The translations under genes were made by a program, and so were the position numbers. A DNA stretch of 64,000 nucleotides from Vicugna vicugna (Eukaryota): positions 3,286,911-3,350,910 of the forward strand of contig MU058531.1 of the NCBI GenBank assembly GCA_013265495.1, given 5' to 3'. The notes under the pieces were generated by a model, which had not been told where the DNA came from, made no database searches, and saw only the letters and a program-made list of their open reading frames with translations. The number at the start of each line of letters is the position of its first letter. The first letter of the stretch is position 1. Below, piece after piece: positions 52,745-64,000 of this stretch.

Positions 52745-53280
52745 TTGTTTCATTTATTAAAGCTACATAAAAAGTTACCCCAAAGTTTGTAGCTTAAAAA
52801 ACTGACATTTATTTTGCTCCCAAACTTGCAATTTGGGCCGAGCTTGGCAGGAATACCTTTTGTCTGTTCTACTTGCCATCACCAGATGGCTTGAAATCTG
52901 GGGCCCAGAATCCCCTGAAGGCCCACTCACTTCCGTGTCCAGGGTTGATGCAGGCTGTCAGTTGGGATCCTGAGCTGGGATCATCAGCTGGAGCATTTCA
53001 CATAACGTCTCCATGGGGCCTGCGCTTCCTCATAACATGGCATCTGGGTTCCTAGCATAAGAGTTCTGGAAGCTGTGTCAGCTTCTGTGATGTAGCCACA
53101 GTAGCCGTGTGGCATCACTTCTGCCACATTCCGTTGGCTAAGAAAGAGGTAAGCCACTAAGGCTGTCCCATACTCATAAGGAGGGGAATTAGACTTCACC
53201 TGTTATCAGTGGCAAAGTTCTGGAAAAGTGTGTGGGCCTGGGAATATTGCTGTGGCTACTTGTGGAAAATATAATCTGTC
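52745..53280 (-). mobile_element. MaLR LTR (MLT1F-like)
   Basis: TTACCCCAAAG...GCTTAAAAAACTGACATTTATT...CATCACTTCTGCCACATTC. Confidence 0.7.
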
Positions 53281-53669
53281 TTCTCTCTTGTTTCTTTAAA
53301 TGAACTGTTTCTGTTCAAGGCCAGCCCTCAATGTGAGCACTATACCCCATCCCTTCTCACTCCTCAAGGACATTTTTACAGAAATTCTTACCTCTTCCTT
53401 CTGTATTATGGGTCAGTCTTATCAACATAGCAACACATTATCATTTATACGACAGCTTTGGCTCTAAGTATGTTACTGGATGTTACCTGCTTACTTTCTG
53501 TTCATAAACCACTGGCTGGAACTTAGCCATGAACTTGGCTTAGATGCAAGGGAGGCTAGGAAAGTAGTGGGCAATCGTGGGCCCAGCCAAAACAGGGTAG
53601 GGAGGAACGGTTTCATAGCTAAGAGAAACGAATGGAGAACAGATCCTGCAGGGAAGTACACAGTGTCTT

Positions 53670-53985
53670 CCACCTTCCCTCACCTCTTACAGCTGTTACT
53701 CAAATGTTACCTCTCAGTGAAGTCTTACCTGACCATTCTATTTAAAACTGTCATCCTCCCCAAGTCCTGCAGCACCCCCGTCTTCCTTCCTTTACTTTCC
53801 CCAAGCCTTTATCACCTTCTATTGCACTATGTGCTTTACTTTTTACACAGTTCATTGTCCATCTACTCCCACCATGAAAGCAGGGAGTTTGCTGCCCGTT
53901 GTGTTCAGTGCTGTATCTCTGGTAACTAGAACAATCCCTGGCATGTACTATGTGCTCAACACGTTTTTTGCATGAAAGAATAAAA
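53670..53985 (+). mobile_element. L2 3' end
   Basis: CTCAAATGTTACCTCTCAGTGAAG...CTGTATCTCTGGTAACTAGAACA...GTGCTCAA. Confidence 0.75.
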
Positions 53986-54769
53986 AAGCAGCACTACAGT
54001 GAGCACTCAGTTACAGATGCCATCATCATGATTATCATTTTCTAGCACAAGGAGTGGTTGGGGATAGTAAATGTTAATAAAAGGATCTAGGAAGGCTAGC
54101 AGATAGTGACATGCTGACATCAGTGAAGGAGAAGTGACAGCGAAACCAAAGAATGAGCTTGTCTGGGACTTATACAACTAATCAGCACCAGGCTTCCAAA
54201 TGGAGAATCAGTGAACAAATTAACCAGTGCAAACCTGCCTCCACATCCTCCACCTTCCGCTGGTGGCCAGTCTGATCTAGTGACAATTCACAGCACTTGG
54301 AGTCACCCAGGAGCCATGGCCATTTTCCTAGCAGACTTACTCCAGAAAAGTTTGTAGAAAAGATGATGTTACTCAAGCGAATATTATTTCCCTCTGAATT
54401 CTCTGATTATATCAGAGTTCTCTTCCTCTGAGGAACATTTTGGCCACTGAGAACAACATGAAACCTTAAAACCTACATCTAGAGAAGTCTCTAGCTAGCT
54501 TCAATGTCTATGCTTTGGGATTCTAGTACAGTTAAAGCCTTTTTTTAATTGTGCTTTTATACTTTTTAATTATAGCTCTTTGAGACTATTTGAGCTGGAC
54601 CTGCCTTTTGCTGATAGAAACTGAATCAAATATTGTAATGAGATTCCAGAATGTTTCAAGAAAAAAAATGGATGAATTTTCTGTCAAAACATTAACAAGA
54701 TATTTGAAATATTCAAAGGAGATCACATTTTTTAAATACCATAAATATAAATGAAGATAAAGTTCTGAG

Positions 54770-54960
54770 TTTCATTTATTTAATCTAAGTGCTTTACAAA
54801 GATTAACTCATTTAATCCTCACAACCAACCTGAGGGGTAGGTATAGTTTAAAGAAGAGGAAAACAAAGCATAGAGAGGTAGGTAACTTGCCTAAGGACTC
54901 CCACCTGGGGGTGCATTGGGGCTTTCAACTCAAGTGGTCCCACACCAGTCTGAGCCCCTA
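54770..54960 (-). mobile_element. MIR
   Basis: ATTAACTCATTTAATCCTCACAACC...GTAACTTGCCTAAGG. Confidence 0.8.
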
Positions 54961-57569
54961 TCACTGGATACGTTGAGAGGTAATGGTTAGGATCATTTCT
55001 CTCTGCTTCACCGTTCCCACCAGGTTGCCTCCACCCTTACTCCAACCACCCCACAGAAGTAGGGCTACCTATTGCTTTAAACACGGTTGTTTTTCATCAG
55101 CCTCAAACTCCCTTAGCATTTCTACCCTGGCATATAAGATTAACTCTGGAAAGTTTGTTTTTGGCTCTGTCCCCAATGTCTGAACTCAGTAGCCTACTTG
55201 CAGATAGCTGGTAAATCCTGCACAATCTGATGCAGCGACTCTGAAATGAGAGGAAATGGCAACTCCTAAACTCAGGGCTGGCTTGTTCCTTCCGTTCTCT
55301 TTGGCTTTCAAGGCTACCCAGATGACTACAGGAAAATTCCCCTGCTTAGCAATTAGCTTCTGTTTAACAAAGATCAGTATATTTGTCAATGGTGCCTGTG
55401 CTGACTAGTCAGTTCCCAACTTTAAGGTTTGTTTATAAATGGGTTAACTGATGGTTGGCTTGCTGAGTGTGGCAAAGGGCCAATCTCTTTTCTGTAATAT
55501 GGGTGGTAGGGGGTGTGAGGCCTCCCACTGGCAGCAACAACCATGAAGTCAGAGACCCTCTCCCAACATAAAAATTACAGGATGCGAGAGGGAGAAAGTA
55601 GGAAAATGATTCCATTTCTTAAAATTATCTTATGATGTAAATTCCCTAGTCCCAACATTTATAACTTATTTAAATCAATTTCCATCAAATGGAGACCATT
55701 ATGTAACAAGTTCAAAAGCGATAGGAGATTTCTTCTGAAATTTCAAACACAGATGCACTACATTTAAATAGTTTCCACAGCATTATTTCTTTTTTTGTTT
55801 CTGTTATTGTTTTTGACTATGCAAAATGGTCTTCTATACAAAGATGCATAACTAGTTTATTGAAGCTGAATTTTCCATGGAAATTGTCCAGCGCTCCCCC
55901 AATTCACAGGCACTTTATCTGACCGTCTTTCTTCCTCCAGATAATGGCTGGCAGCAACCCACTGTGTGGAAGTTATATGCTGTACTTCTGAAAAAGTCTT
56001 GAATGGAGCCATTGTTCCCCTGAGATGGTCTGCCTGTTTCACTGAACAGAGAGCAGGGTGTAAAAAAGGCACCTTGTGTGCAACTGTTGGCGAGGTTGAG
56101 GAGTGAATTAAAATCTCCAGAAAGTCTGGGCAGTGCTGTTCAGAGGAGCAATGAACCCTCTGGAAGCACAGTTAGCTCAGACATTCCAATGCGGTGAGGC
56201 AGCCTCGGGGACACGGCTCCCACCAGTCTCATTTAGAGAGGGAGTGAGGGGGCGAGCAAAGGACATTGATCTGGACCTGCTCTCTTTGCAAAGATTTGGG
56301 GAAGGCATCCTTTTTCAGGGATGGGGCAATGTTGATTATCACACTCAGATAACTTTCCTGACCAACGGACCTAGACTTTCCTTGGTAACTAATGGTGCAA
56401 TGACTCACTTGGAAGATTCAATGTTAACTGCTTGTGCATCCACCAATTTGCAACAATCTAATTCCAATTTGCCTAATTAAAAAAAATACAAGTCTTTGGG
56501 AGCTCCAGGTGACTGATATTACTAGATTCATTAAATGCATTATTAAAATCGTAATATAAAAACTGTATATTAAATAAATAGCCTCTACCTTGTTTATTGT
56601 CAGCGATGCTTCCTTTTTCTTGGCTCCTTCATTCACCTGCCCAGGACCGTGTAGGCTCAGAGGTTCGAGTAAATGACTATTCTCTATTCCTCTAGTGCTA
56701 AGATCTTGAGCTTCTAATGAACAAAGAGCTTCCGCAGAGTCTTCTGCAGAGACCTTTCTGAAGCCAGCTCTCAAGGGAGGAGGTAATGTTGACTTTCATT
56801 AAAATCCTAGTGGTGAACAAAAACAGCAAAACAGTTTAAGGACCAGGCTGGCATATTTTTCTTATAGGCAGAATTCTTTGGTGACCTCCTGTGCATTCCT
56901 GTTTCAACCCCTCTGGTGCCCTGAAGGCTCAAAGAAGGGGAGGCCACTTTTAAGAGCAAACTGAAAGAAAGGGTCAAACTTGAGCCAGAAGAAAGTATGT
57001 GGGAGGAGGTGGTAATGCCCCAGGTAGCTCAGTCTAAGGACAAGTACAGAGTTGGAGTGGGAGAAACATCACGCTGAGTGGTGCATATTAACCAGGGCAT
57101 GCTGGGTTCCTACAGTCACAGGGAGTTAGTCTGGAAGCCAGTAGGGAGGCAAAGAAGTTTTCTGTGCAGATTAAAGTTGTACAAGAGGAAGAATAATATG
57201 GCTGTAATAACATGGTTGTGGTGTGAGGGATGATTCAGTCCAAGGAGAGGACAGATAGTAAGGGTAGGGAACACAGGAATTGGTCCTGATTGAATACAGG
57301 GGAAGGGGTCAGACCCATGGAAGGGTCTGTCCATTAGAATAGGGAAAGAGCGAGGCGGAAGAGGTTTAGGGGAAAGAGAGGAGGATGATAATTCGATATT
57401 TTTCCAGGTCCCTGGCTCTCCTGAATGCCAGTTGGGTATAAAAACCTCCCCAGCAGCTAGGGAAGGCTCCATGCAGAGCCTAGTTTCTGTCAACGGTGAA
57501 CATCTCCATGTTTGCTTCAGCAACGAAAGAACCTAGATTTGACGCCCAGGGACTTGAATGGTCACAACC

Positions 57570-57772
57570 AAAGGAGTATCTCCTGAGCCTGGCACAGCGC
57601 TGGTCACATTATGGTGCTCAATAAATACTTGTTAAGTGAATGACCGAACAGACTGGAGACTTGGTGCTGCCCTTACCAGAGTAACCTTGGTCAAGTAATT
57701 GAACCTCCAAGAGCCTCAGTGTCCGTGGGTGTCGAGCAGGGACGGTCCCCCGGCGGATGGTGTGAGAGTAAC
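57570..57772 (+). mobile_element. L2 tail followed by MIR at the CpG-island edge
   Basis: GTGCTCAATAAATACTTGTTAAGTGAATGA; GTAACCTTGGTCAAGTAATTGAACCTC...GAGCCTCAGT. Confidence 0.7.
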
Positions 57773-58480
57773 TTGCCGCGGCCTGAGGTGGACAGAGTTC
57801 CCGCCCTCCCCGGAGCTGGGTGACCCCGCCGCGCTCTCGCTAGCTCTCACCCGGGCCGGGTTGAGGGGCGGCCCCCGAGGCCGGGACCGGGCGGGGGTCG
57901 CGCTGCGGTCGCGCGGCGGGCGGCCAGGGCGGGGGTGGCGGCGGGGTCCGCCCCTCGCGCCCGCCTTCTCGGCGCGCGGCCCGAGGCCGGGGGCGGGCCC
58001 GCCTCAGGCCGCTCCCCGCGCTGCCCAGCGGCCCGCGGCGGCGCTCGCGGCCTCTCACCCGGGGCGGGCGAGTTCTGGGAAAGCCCGGCAGGGCGGCGGC
58101 GGCGGCGGCGCCGGGCTGCGCGCCCCGGGCTCTGCCTCCCGGGCACTTGCCTGGCTCTGCGCGCTCCTGGCACCCGCTCCGCCGCTGACACACAGTAGCG
58201 GGGACACCCGACGCCGCTAGCGACGGGCGCGTCCCAGAGAGACGCTGCACTTGGGGACTCCGGTGCGACCGGCCAGAAGAGGAAAGGTGAGGAGGCGACT
58301 CTGTGGCTCGGTTCCTGAGGCTTGGAGAAGGGGAAAGAGGGGCTTTTAATCTCTGAGTCCTGTAGACCCGCCGAGGGCTGTAGCCTCCCTTCGCTTACCT
58401 GGAGGAAGAATGTCCCCCACTCCTCTCCCCAGGGGAGAACTGAGGCAGGCGACTCGCGGGGGGGACGCAGGCCAGCCATC
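57720..58480. promoter_or_regulatory. CpG-island promoter, possibly bidirectional, with non-coding first exon(s)
   Basis: Only densely CpG-rich segment of the window; multiple GGGCGG boxes (57866-58070); (GGC)6 at 58092-58109; + donor AAG|GTGAGG at 58286; - donors at 58399, 58059 and 57851; no + strand ATG in 58000-58286. Confidence 0.9.
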
Positions 58481-59738
58481 ACATGGGCTCGAGAACACCC
58501 TGTAAGTGCTTCCTTCGCCCTTCAGACGTTTGCCTCAGGTCTCCACTGCATTTTGTGTGTACAGTACAATGAAGAAAAATATAAGCTCTTCCTGAGGCGG
58601 TACCTAGCAACAGTATTTCAAGGAAAGTGCTCAAGAGATTGTTCCTGGAGCGATTAGCTACATCAAGTCCTAGAAAATGCAGTATTGGACCTGGTCTCAC
58701 TCTGACTGGTAACTGGAAGAATGGCTCCATCTTCTTTCTTAACGTCCTCTAACGCTGTGATAATGAATAATCTAGAAGGAAAAGCCCTCCGTTGTGGCTA
58801 ATGTTAAATGCACAGTGTAAGCCATGAGACATTTTGTCCAACTGACTCAACTAATTATTCAGTGTAAGGAAGATCCATCATTCAGAGATTTAGCAGTGTC
58901 ATTTTAAAGAGTGAGCTCCCTGAATAGATGTTAAGTAGAATTCACTTGATGGAAAAGTTTTCTTTCCACATAGTTCTTAATATTAGTTGCATCATGCACA
59001 GTTTGCCAGTAGGTCATTTAGATCGCTGCAAGATTAGTACGTTTCTTTGTATTTCTTGTAGGAACCCCTGGTAGGGATAGTTGGGGCCACTGCCACAGAA
59101 TGGGCACAGATGAAGCCAAGAGTGCTGCATCCCACCGGGGAGAATTTTTAAGAGCCTGTCTTGGGAGGTGAATGCAGGTGACCCCGTAGATACCCATACA
59201 GGTCCCAGGGGCATTGGGAGAGAAGGGGAGGCAGCCCCGTCTTCACAAATACTTTCCGAAGAATGATTGATAATGCTGTCATCTCGAACATCCTTTGCTC
59301 TTCCTGAGTGCCCTTCCTGTGTGCCCTTCCTGCTCCATTTCACCATTCTAAATCCTAACCATCCTTCAAACTGGGTTTTGTTGCCGCTGTGAGACCTTTG
59401 CTGATAACCCAGCCCCAAACCTTCCCGGGCTCTCACTCCTGCAGCATTTTTACCTTCAAGGCATTTCTCCTCTCAGCATTCTTCGAGAGTTATTTATGTA
59501 GATGTTTCATTTTCCTTACTGAAGGCATTAACTGTGGCTTTCTTGGCACAGTGCTTGTGTCTAGAAGGCCCTCTAGAAATAATTGTGGGTAGGTATTATA
59601 TGTTATGACTTTGATTCTTCAATACAAATCTCTCCCTTGGAGAAGCAGATAATGTACTCAAAAAGATTCAGAGAAAAGCATATTTACCAAACTGTCCTCC
59701 ATTTATAGCCCCACAGGGGAAATTTTCCTTTTACCCAG

Positions 59739-59782
59739 GAGCCATGGCTAATAATCGTCTTCGGTCCATGCCTTGGGACTAG
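59739..59782 (+). other. Candidate 44-nt exon
   Basis: Acceptor TTTTCCTTTTACCCAG|G and donor TAG|GTAAGA, 1.45 kb downstream of the island + donor. Confidence 0.4.
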
Positions 59783-60151
59783 GTAAGAGGTGAGACTGAG
59801 CTGGAGGGACAATCTTCCAGTCCTTCTAGTAACATAAGCTCCTTGGATGTGCTCCAAGGTTGACCTGTGTCATTAAAAATTCCATGCTCGAGTGGGTTGT
59901 GGTGAAGTTAGATTCCAATGAAGGTGGTTGGTTTTCTTTTTCTATTTGCAACCGTTCTTAGTCACAGTCTTCTCTGGGCTTTTGTTATATACTTTAAACA
60001 ATTCATTTGATGTGCAATCTGTTACCTACAAATTTCTAAATGAAGAAAGTGGAAAAGAATTGTGCTTGATGTTTTCTAAAGCAGAGAGCAGAGAATGTTT
60101 CCCAGGCCTGGGCAAGAGAAGGTATTTGCACAGAGCAAGGCTGCTTTGCAC

Positions 60152-60153
<2 letters not shown>

Positions 60154-60182
<29 letters not shown>
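60154..60182. repeat. (TG)n microsatellite
   Basis: Dinucleotide run. Confidence 0.95.
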
Positions 60183-60183
<1 letters not shown>

Positions 60184-60810
60184 TGTGTATGTTCGCTGTC
60201 CCTGCCTTCCACAGACCTGGCTGAGAAAGCCTGTATAGGACAACAACTGCTTTAGTCTGGGCGCTTTCTTTCTCTGCCTGGGCTCCCTCTGCTGAGGTGA
60301 ACTGTGGAGGTCAGGGGAACACAACAATTTAGACTTCAAGTTCAGAAGGAGAAGCAGGGAAGCCAGAAAAAGCAGTAACGGCTTAGAGTGTGAATTTGTT
60401 TGTCAAGTTGCTTTCCTTCAGACACTTAGTTGAGATCTTGGCATTGAGCAAGTGGAAATTCGGCTGGGGAGAGGGAAGACAGGTGATTGAGGAGCATGGT
60501 GCTCCTGTAGGAGGGCTAGGAGGTATTGATGGGGGCCTAGGGAAGCATGTGGCCCAGTTATGTGGGGTCCCCAAGAGGAGAATTGGAGGTGGGGAAGTGG
60601 GGAGTAGAGAAAGAAGAAGAAAATAGCAAAGATGCACTTTACCATGGGCCAACTACAGGGCTTACAAAGAAAGAGAAAACTATTTAGCATTGTGTGGTCT
60701 TCTCTGCTCCCAGGGTACAGAATTCAGGCTTGTTTTTATTAATGCTGTAATTCATCTGTATTATGGCTTAAATAGGCTTTCATGGGCCAGATTGAAACCC
60801 AGCCCTCTAT

Positions 60811-61000
60811 AGCTGTGCTGTCCAATATGGTAGCCACAAGCCATATATGGCTACTTATGTTTACATTTAAATTAGGATTAAATGAAATTAACCACGTTTC
60901 AGGTGCTCAATGGTTACAGGTTACTAGTGGCTACCATACTGGACAATAAAGACACAGAATGTGTCCATCATCTCAGAAATCCTGCTGTGGAATATTGTTG
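60811..61000. mobile_element. MER3/MER33-like hAT-Charlie MITE
   Basis: GTGCTGTCCAATATGGTAGCCAC...GTGGCTACCATACTGGACA inverted motif. Confidence 0.8.
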
Positions 61001-61099
61001 TAAAGGGTTAATGACTGTTAATCTCCAAGGTACTGATTTCCAATCCAAATTTATTAATAAATTAAACATTTCCCCTACCAAATCTATTTAGATGAAAAT

Positions 61100-61630
61100 A
61101 ATAGTAGTAGCTAGTGGTGGTAACACTTATACAGGCAGTGTTGTAAGCACTTTAGATCTGTTCATTCATAATCCTCACAACAGCATTAGGTGGTAAGTGC
61201 CAGAAATCTACTGTCCCTTACCTGTAATTCTAAAATCAAAAAATCTCTCAAAACTGTGAGAGATTTCTAAGTTTGGCTACAAAATTTGTCTGAGTCAACA
61301 GGAGGTTATTAGAGTCTTTATTTTTCTCACCTGGTAAGAACTATTTATACATTTTTATTTCAGAAATAATGGACACGTTTGCTGCAGATCCCACCTACAG
61401 TGTTATTTAACATATAGCATATGCACTGTTTTACCATTACAAAAGCCAGAAAACGTCTGATTTTGGATAAGGACATATGGACCTCCATTACTATGCCCCT
61501 TTTGACAATGGAAAAACTGAGGCACTAAAAGTTTATGTCACTTGCATTAAGTCACAGCAAGAAAGTGCCAGGGCCAAGATTCAGTCAGAGCAGGCTGGAT
61601 CCAGACTCCATTCCCTTGACCACTGTGCTT
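61100..61630. mobile_element. MIR interrupted by a Tigger-type MITE (MER46C-like, ~61205-61485)
   Basis: MIR halves ATAATCCTCACAACAGC and GAAAAACTGAGGCAC flank TCCCTTACCTGTAATTCTAAAATC...TTTTGGATAAGG. Confidence 0.65.
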
Positions 61631-62731
61631 TCCTGCATCAGCCTCTGGGCTCATCACCCAAAACAAACGACTGGCCCTTTTCTGGCTGCATGAAGCCAAC
61701 GAGCTTCAACTCAGCTCAGAAAGTTTCAGACAGGGCTATGGCTAAATTGTTAAGCAGCTGAGGTTTTGAAATGCTATGGATAGTTAAACCAGCGTAATTG
61801 GCGTGCTTAGCAGTTGTTTAGCTTGCCCTTTCCCACCTTGTGCTAATCACATTTGGTTCTGAACCGTTCACTGTGTAAGAACTGGTAGGAAAAGAGGTGG
61901 TTCATTGTGGCCATTGGTAAAACTACTAGACCCTTGCTGAAATCTGTGGTACGTGGGGGCTTGTATACTCACAACTGTTGTGGGGAAGGTGGGGGGTGGC
62001 TTGGTCCTGATGTGTGCCGACTGTTGTGCTGTGGGTAGGGCCGTTCTGGTGGCCAGCCGGGGTCCTGAAACTTCCTGGTGTGGTTTCAGAGGATCTGGAT
62101 CAACTTGACTCAGTTGGAAGTCTCTCTCAGGGAGAGTGTGTCTCTCTTCTTTTGGGAGGGTGTCTAGAACCGCAGGGCTGGGGGTCAGCACTGGACTTTT
62201 CACTTTCTCTCTCCAGCTGGTCCCTTCTTGGCTTTTTGGTCCAAAGCTGCATTTAAAGACATTCTTGAGTAACCCCAGGCTTTCTCCTTTGAGTATAAGA
62301 AAATGTTCTGACGGCTCCGCCACCTGTGTGGACCTTATAGCATGAGGTCTGCAGGGCCCCTGTCTCTCTGTATCCTGGGAGCATGTGCTCCTCCTGTGGC
62401 GTAGTCTCCAAGGCCCCTGGTGGTCATGGTGCCTCCAGTTATAATAGCTTCAGGTGTAGGGACAAGGCACTCTTGGTCAAATATAAGGGCTCTAGAATCA
62501 AATTTACTTGGGTTTGCCACCAACTAGCTGTACAGCCTTAGACAAGTAATTGACCTTTCTGTAAGATAGTAATTTTAAAGGTTTGCTATGAGACCTAAGA
62601 TAATGCACCTAAAGCACTTTGCATAGTGCCAGGCACATGGTGCTCAAACAGTTATCTCCCAATATTGTTGTCTTTTCCCTCTGAGCCTACCTAAGGCTTG
62701 CCAGCCTGCAGCTTTAGGCCTTAGAGAGCCA

Positions 62732-63180
62732 TGTGTGGTAGGCTGAATGATGCCAGTGGCCTCCCGAAGTTGTCTAAGTCTTAATCCCAGGGGCCTGTAA
62801 ATGTGTTACTTTACGTGACAAAAGGAATTTTGTGGTTGTGACTAAATTAAAGATTTCGAGACGAGGGAGTTATCCTGGATTACCTGGGTGGGCTCAATCT
62901 AATGAAGAGGGTCCTTATAAGAGGGAGGCAAGAGGACCAGTCTGGAGTAGGAGGCAGGGGTAATATGAGGAAGGGGTCAGAAGCCAAGGAATGCAGGCAG
63001 CCTCTGGAAGCTGGAACAGGCAAGGAAATGGATTCTTCCCTAGAGCCTCCACAGAGGCAAGGCAGCCCTGCCAACCTATTTGAAGACTTCCGGCCTCCAG
63101 AACTATAAGATAACAAATTTGCATTGTTTAAGCCACTGCGTTTGCGGCAATTTGTCACAGCAGCAATAGGAAACTAATAG
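62732..63180 (+). mobile_element. MaLR solo LTR (MLT1C/D-like)
   Basis: TGTGGTAGGCTGAAT...GGATTCTTCCCTAGAGCCTCC...CAGCAATAGGAAACTAATA. Confidence 0.88.
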
Positions 63181-63239
63181 AGTGTGGAAGGGAAAAAAGA
63201 AAGTGGTCAGAAGAGAAGTGAAAGCTGTCAAAATAAGAC

Positions 63240-63480
63240 ACCAATAACAGCCAGCATTTAGTTCAAACTTTGCTCAGTACTGTTCTAAGTCCTTTAGGTG
63301 TATCAACCTGTCATCCTCACAACCATCTTCTGAGGAAGGTACTTTTATTATCTGCCTGTCACATAAGAGGAAACTCAGGCACTGAATTAGGTAACTTGCC
63401 CAGGGTTACACAGCTGGTACGGGGTAGAGCTGGGATGTGAATCCATGCAGTCTGGTACTCTTGACTATTACCCACACGAC
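63240..63480 (-). mobile_element. MIR
   Basis: TCCTCACAACC...GAGGAAACTCAGGCAC...GTAACTTGCCCAGGGTTACACAGC. Confidence 0.8.
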
Positions 63481-63582
63481 TCCCCAAAGCAGGAATTTCT
63501 GACTGAGTGCCCTGTTACTGTACAGAAAGAAAAGGCAGTATTTGAATCAGCAAGAGGGAGGATGATGTAGTCCCTCTGTACC

Positions 63583-63632
63583 AAAAAAAGAAAAGAAGAG
63601 AAAAGAAAAGAAAAGAAAAGAAAAGAAAGAGA
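63583..63632. repeat. (AAAAG)n pentanucleotide repeat
   Basis: Tandem AAAAG units. Confidence 0.9.
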
Positions 63633-64000
63633 AACATGGGCATTGACGTACTTGGTAAGTTTTTGCTGTTCCTATCTCACATAATATGTGTGGACAGCTT
63701 GAAGCTGGAGGACGCCGGCTCTGGGAGCAGTTCCTGTGCTGGCCTCCCTCTCGAGTTCCCACCTCTGTTCCTACAGCAGCCCCGCTCACTCACCACAGAC
63801 CGCTGGCCCCAGCGCCCAGCTGGCTCTGCTTCCCACCTCTGCCTGTTTATTGGATTTGCCTCATTCCTGACTCTCTGCTCCAGCCCCGAATTCAACCTCC
63901 TTCTGGCCCCTCAAATGCTCAGACTGGAGATGGTTAGCGTCGGGGTCTGGATGATGAGGTGCCCCTGGGACTGCGGGAGGGTGGGTGGTGATGGTTTTTG

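Noticed and set aside
57699..58482. GC-rich ORFs of 87-211 aa
   Set aside because: Stop-codon scarcity in a CpG island; low-complexity Arg/Pro/Gly/Ala translations on both strands
63636..63660. ATG...TTG|GTAAGT as a + strand coding exon
   Set aside because: Good donor, but upstream is an (AAAAG)n repeat with no acceptor or promoter evidence
1..64000. Gene symbol for the locus; tRNA/rRNA/snRNA genes; a novel multi-gene system
   Set aside because: No coding exon or structured RNA recognised; naming a gene would be a guess

Overview
Mammalian, repeat-rich, CpG-depleted DNA with no protein-coding exon I can support. About half is recognisable interspersed repeat: several generations of LINE-1 3' fragments, MIR, L2, MaLR/ERVL LTRs, and hAT/TcMar DNA-transposon relics. 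There is one 332-nt assembly gap (6876-7207). The L1 3'UTR types, plus the absence of Alu, Bov-A/BovB, CHR, PRE-1 or Can-SINE elements, suggest a camelid artiodactyl (inference). The main functional landmark is a CpG island at ~57720-58480 with splice donors on both strands. Repeat-free promoter/enhancer-like segments lie at ~16200, ~20880-22100 and ~63790-63870. This fits the 5' non-coding region of a gene with alternative first exons, which I cannot name. I found no evidence of a new biological system. The best second-look items are retrotransposition products: two L1s with short 3'-transduction-like tags, two poly(A)-tailed non-L1 retrocopies, and a perfect 177-bp duplication-plus-deletion. 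Also notable are candidate small exons and CTCF and CArG/CRE motif clusters. Repeat subfamily names are by-eye resemblance to recalled consensus sequences, not alignments.
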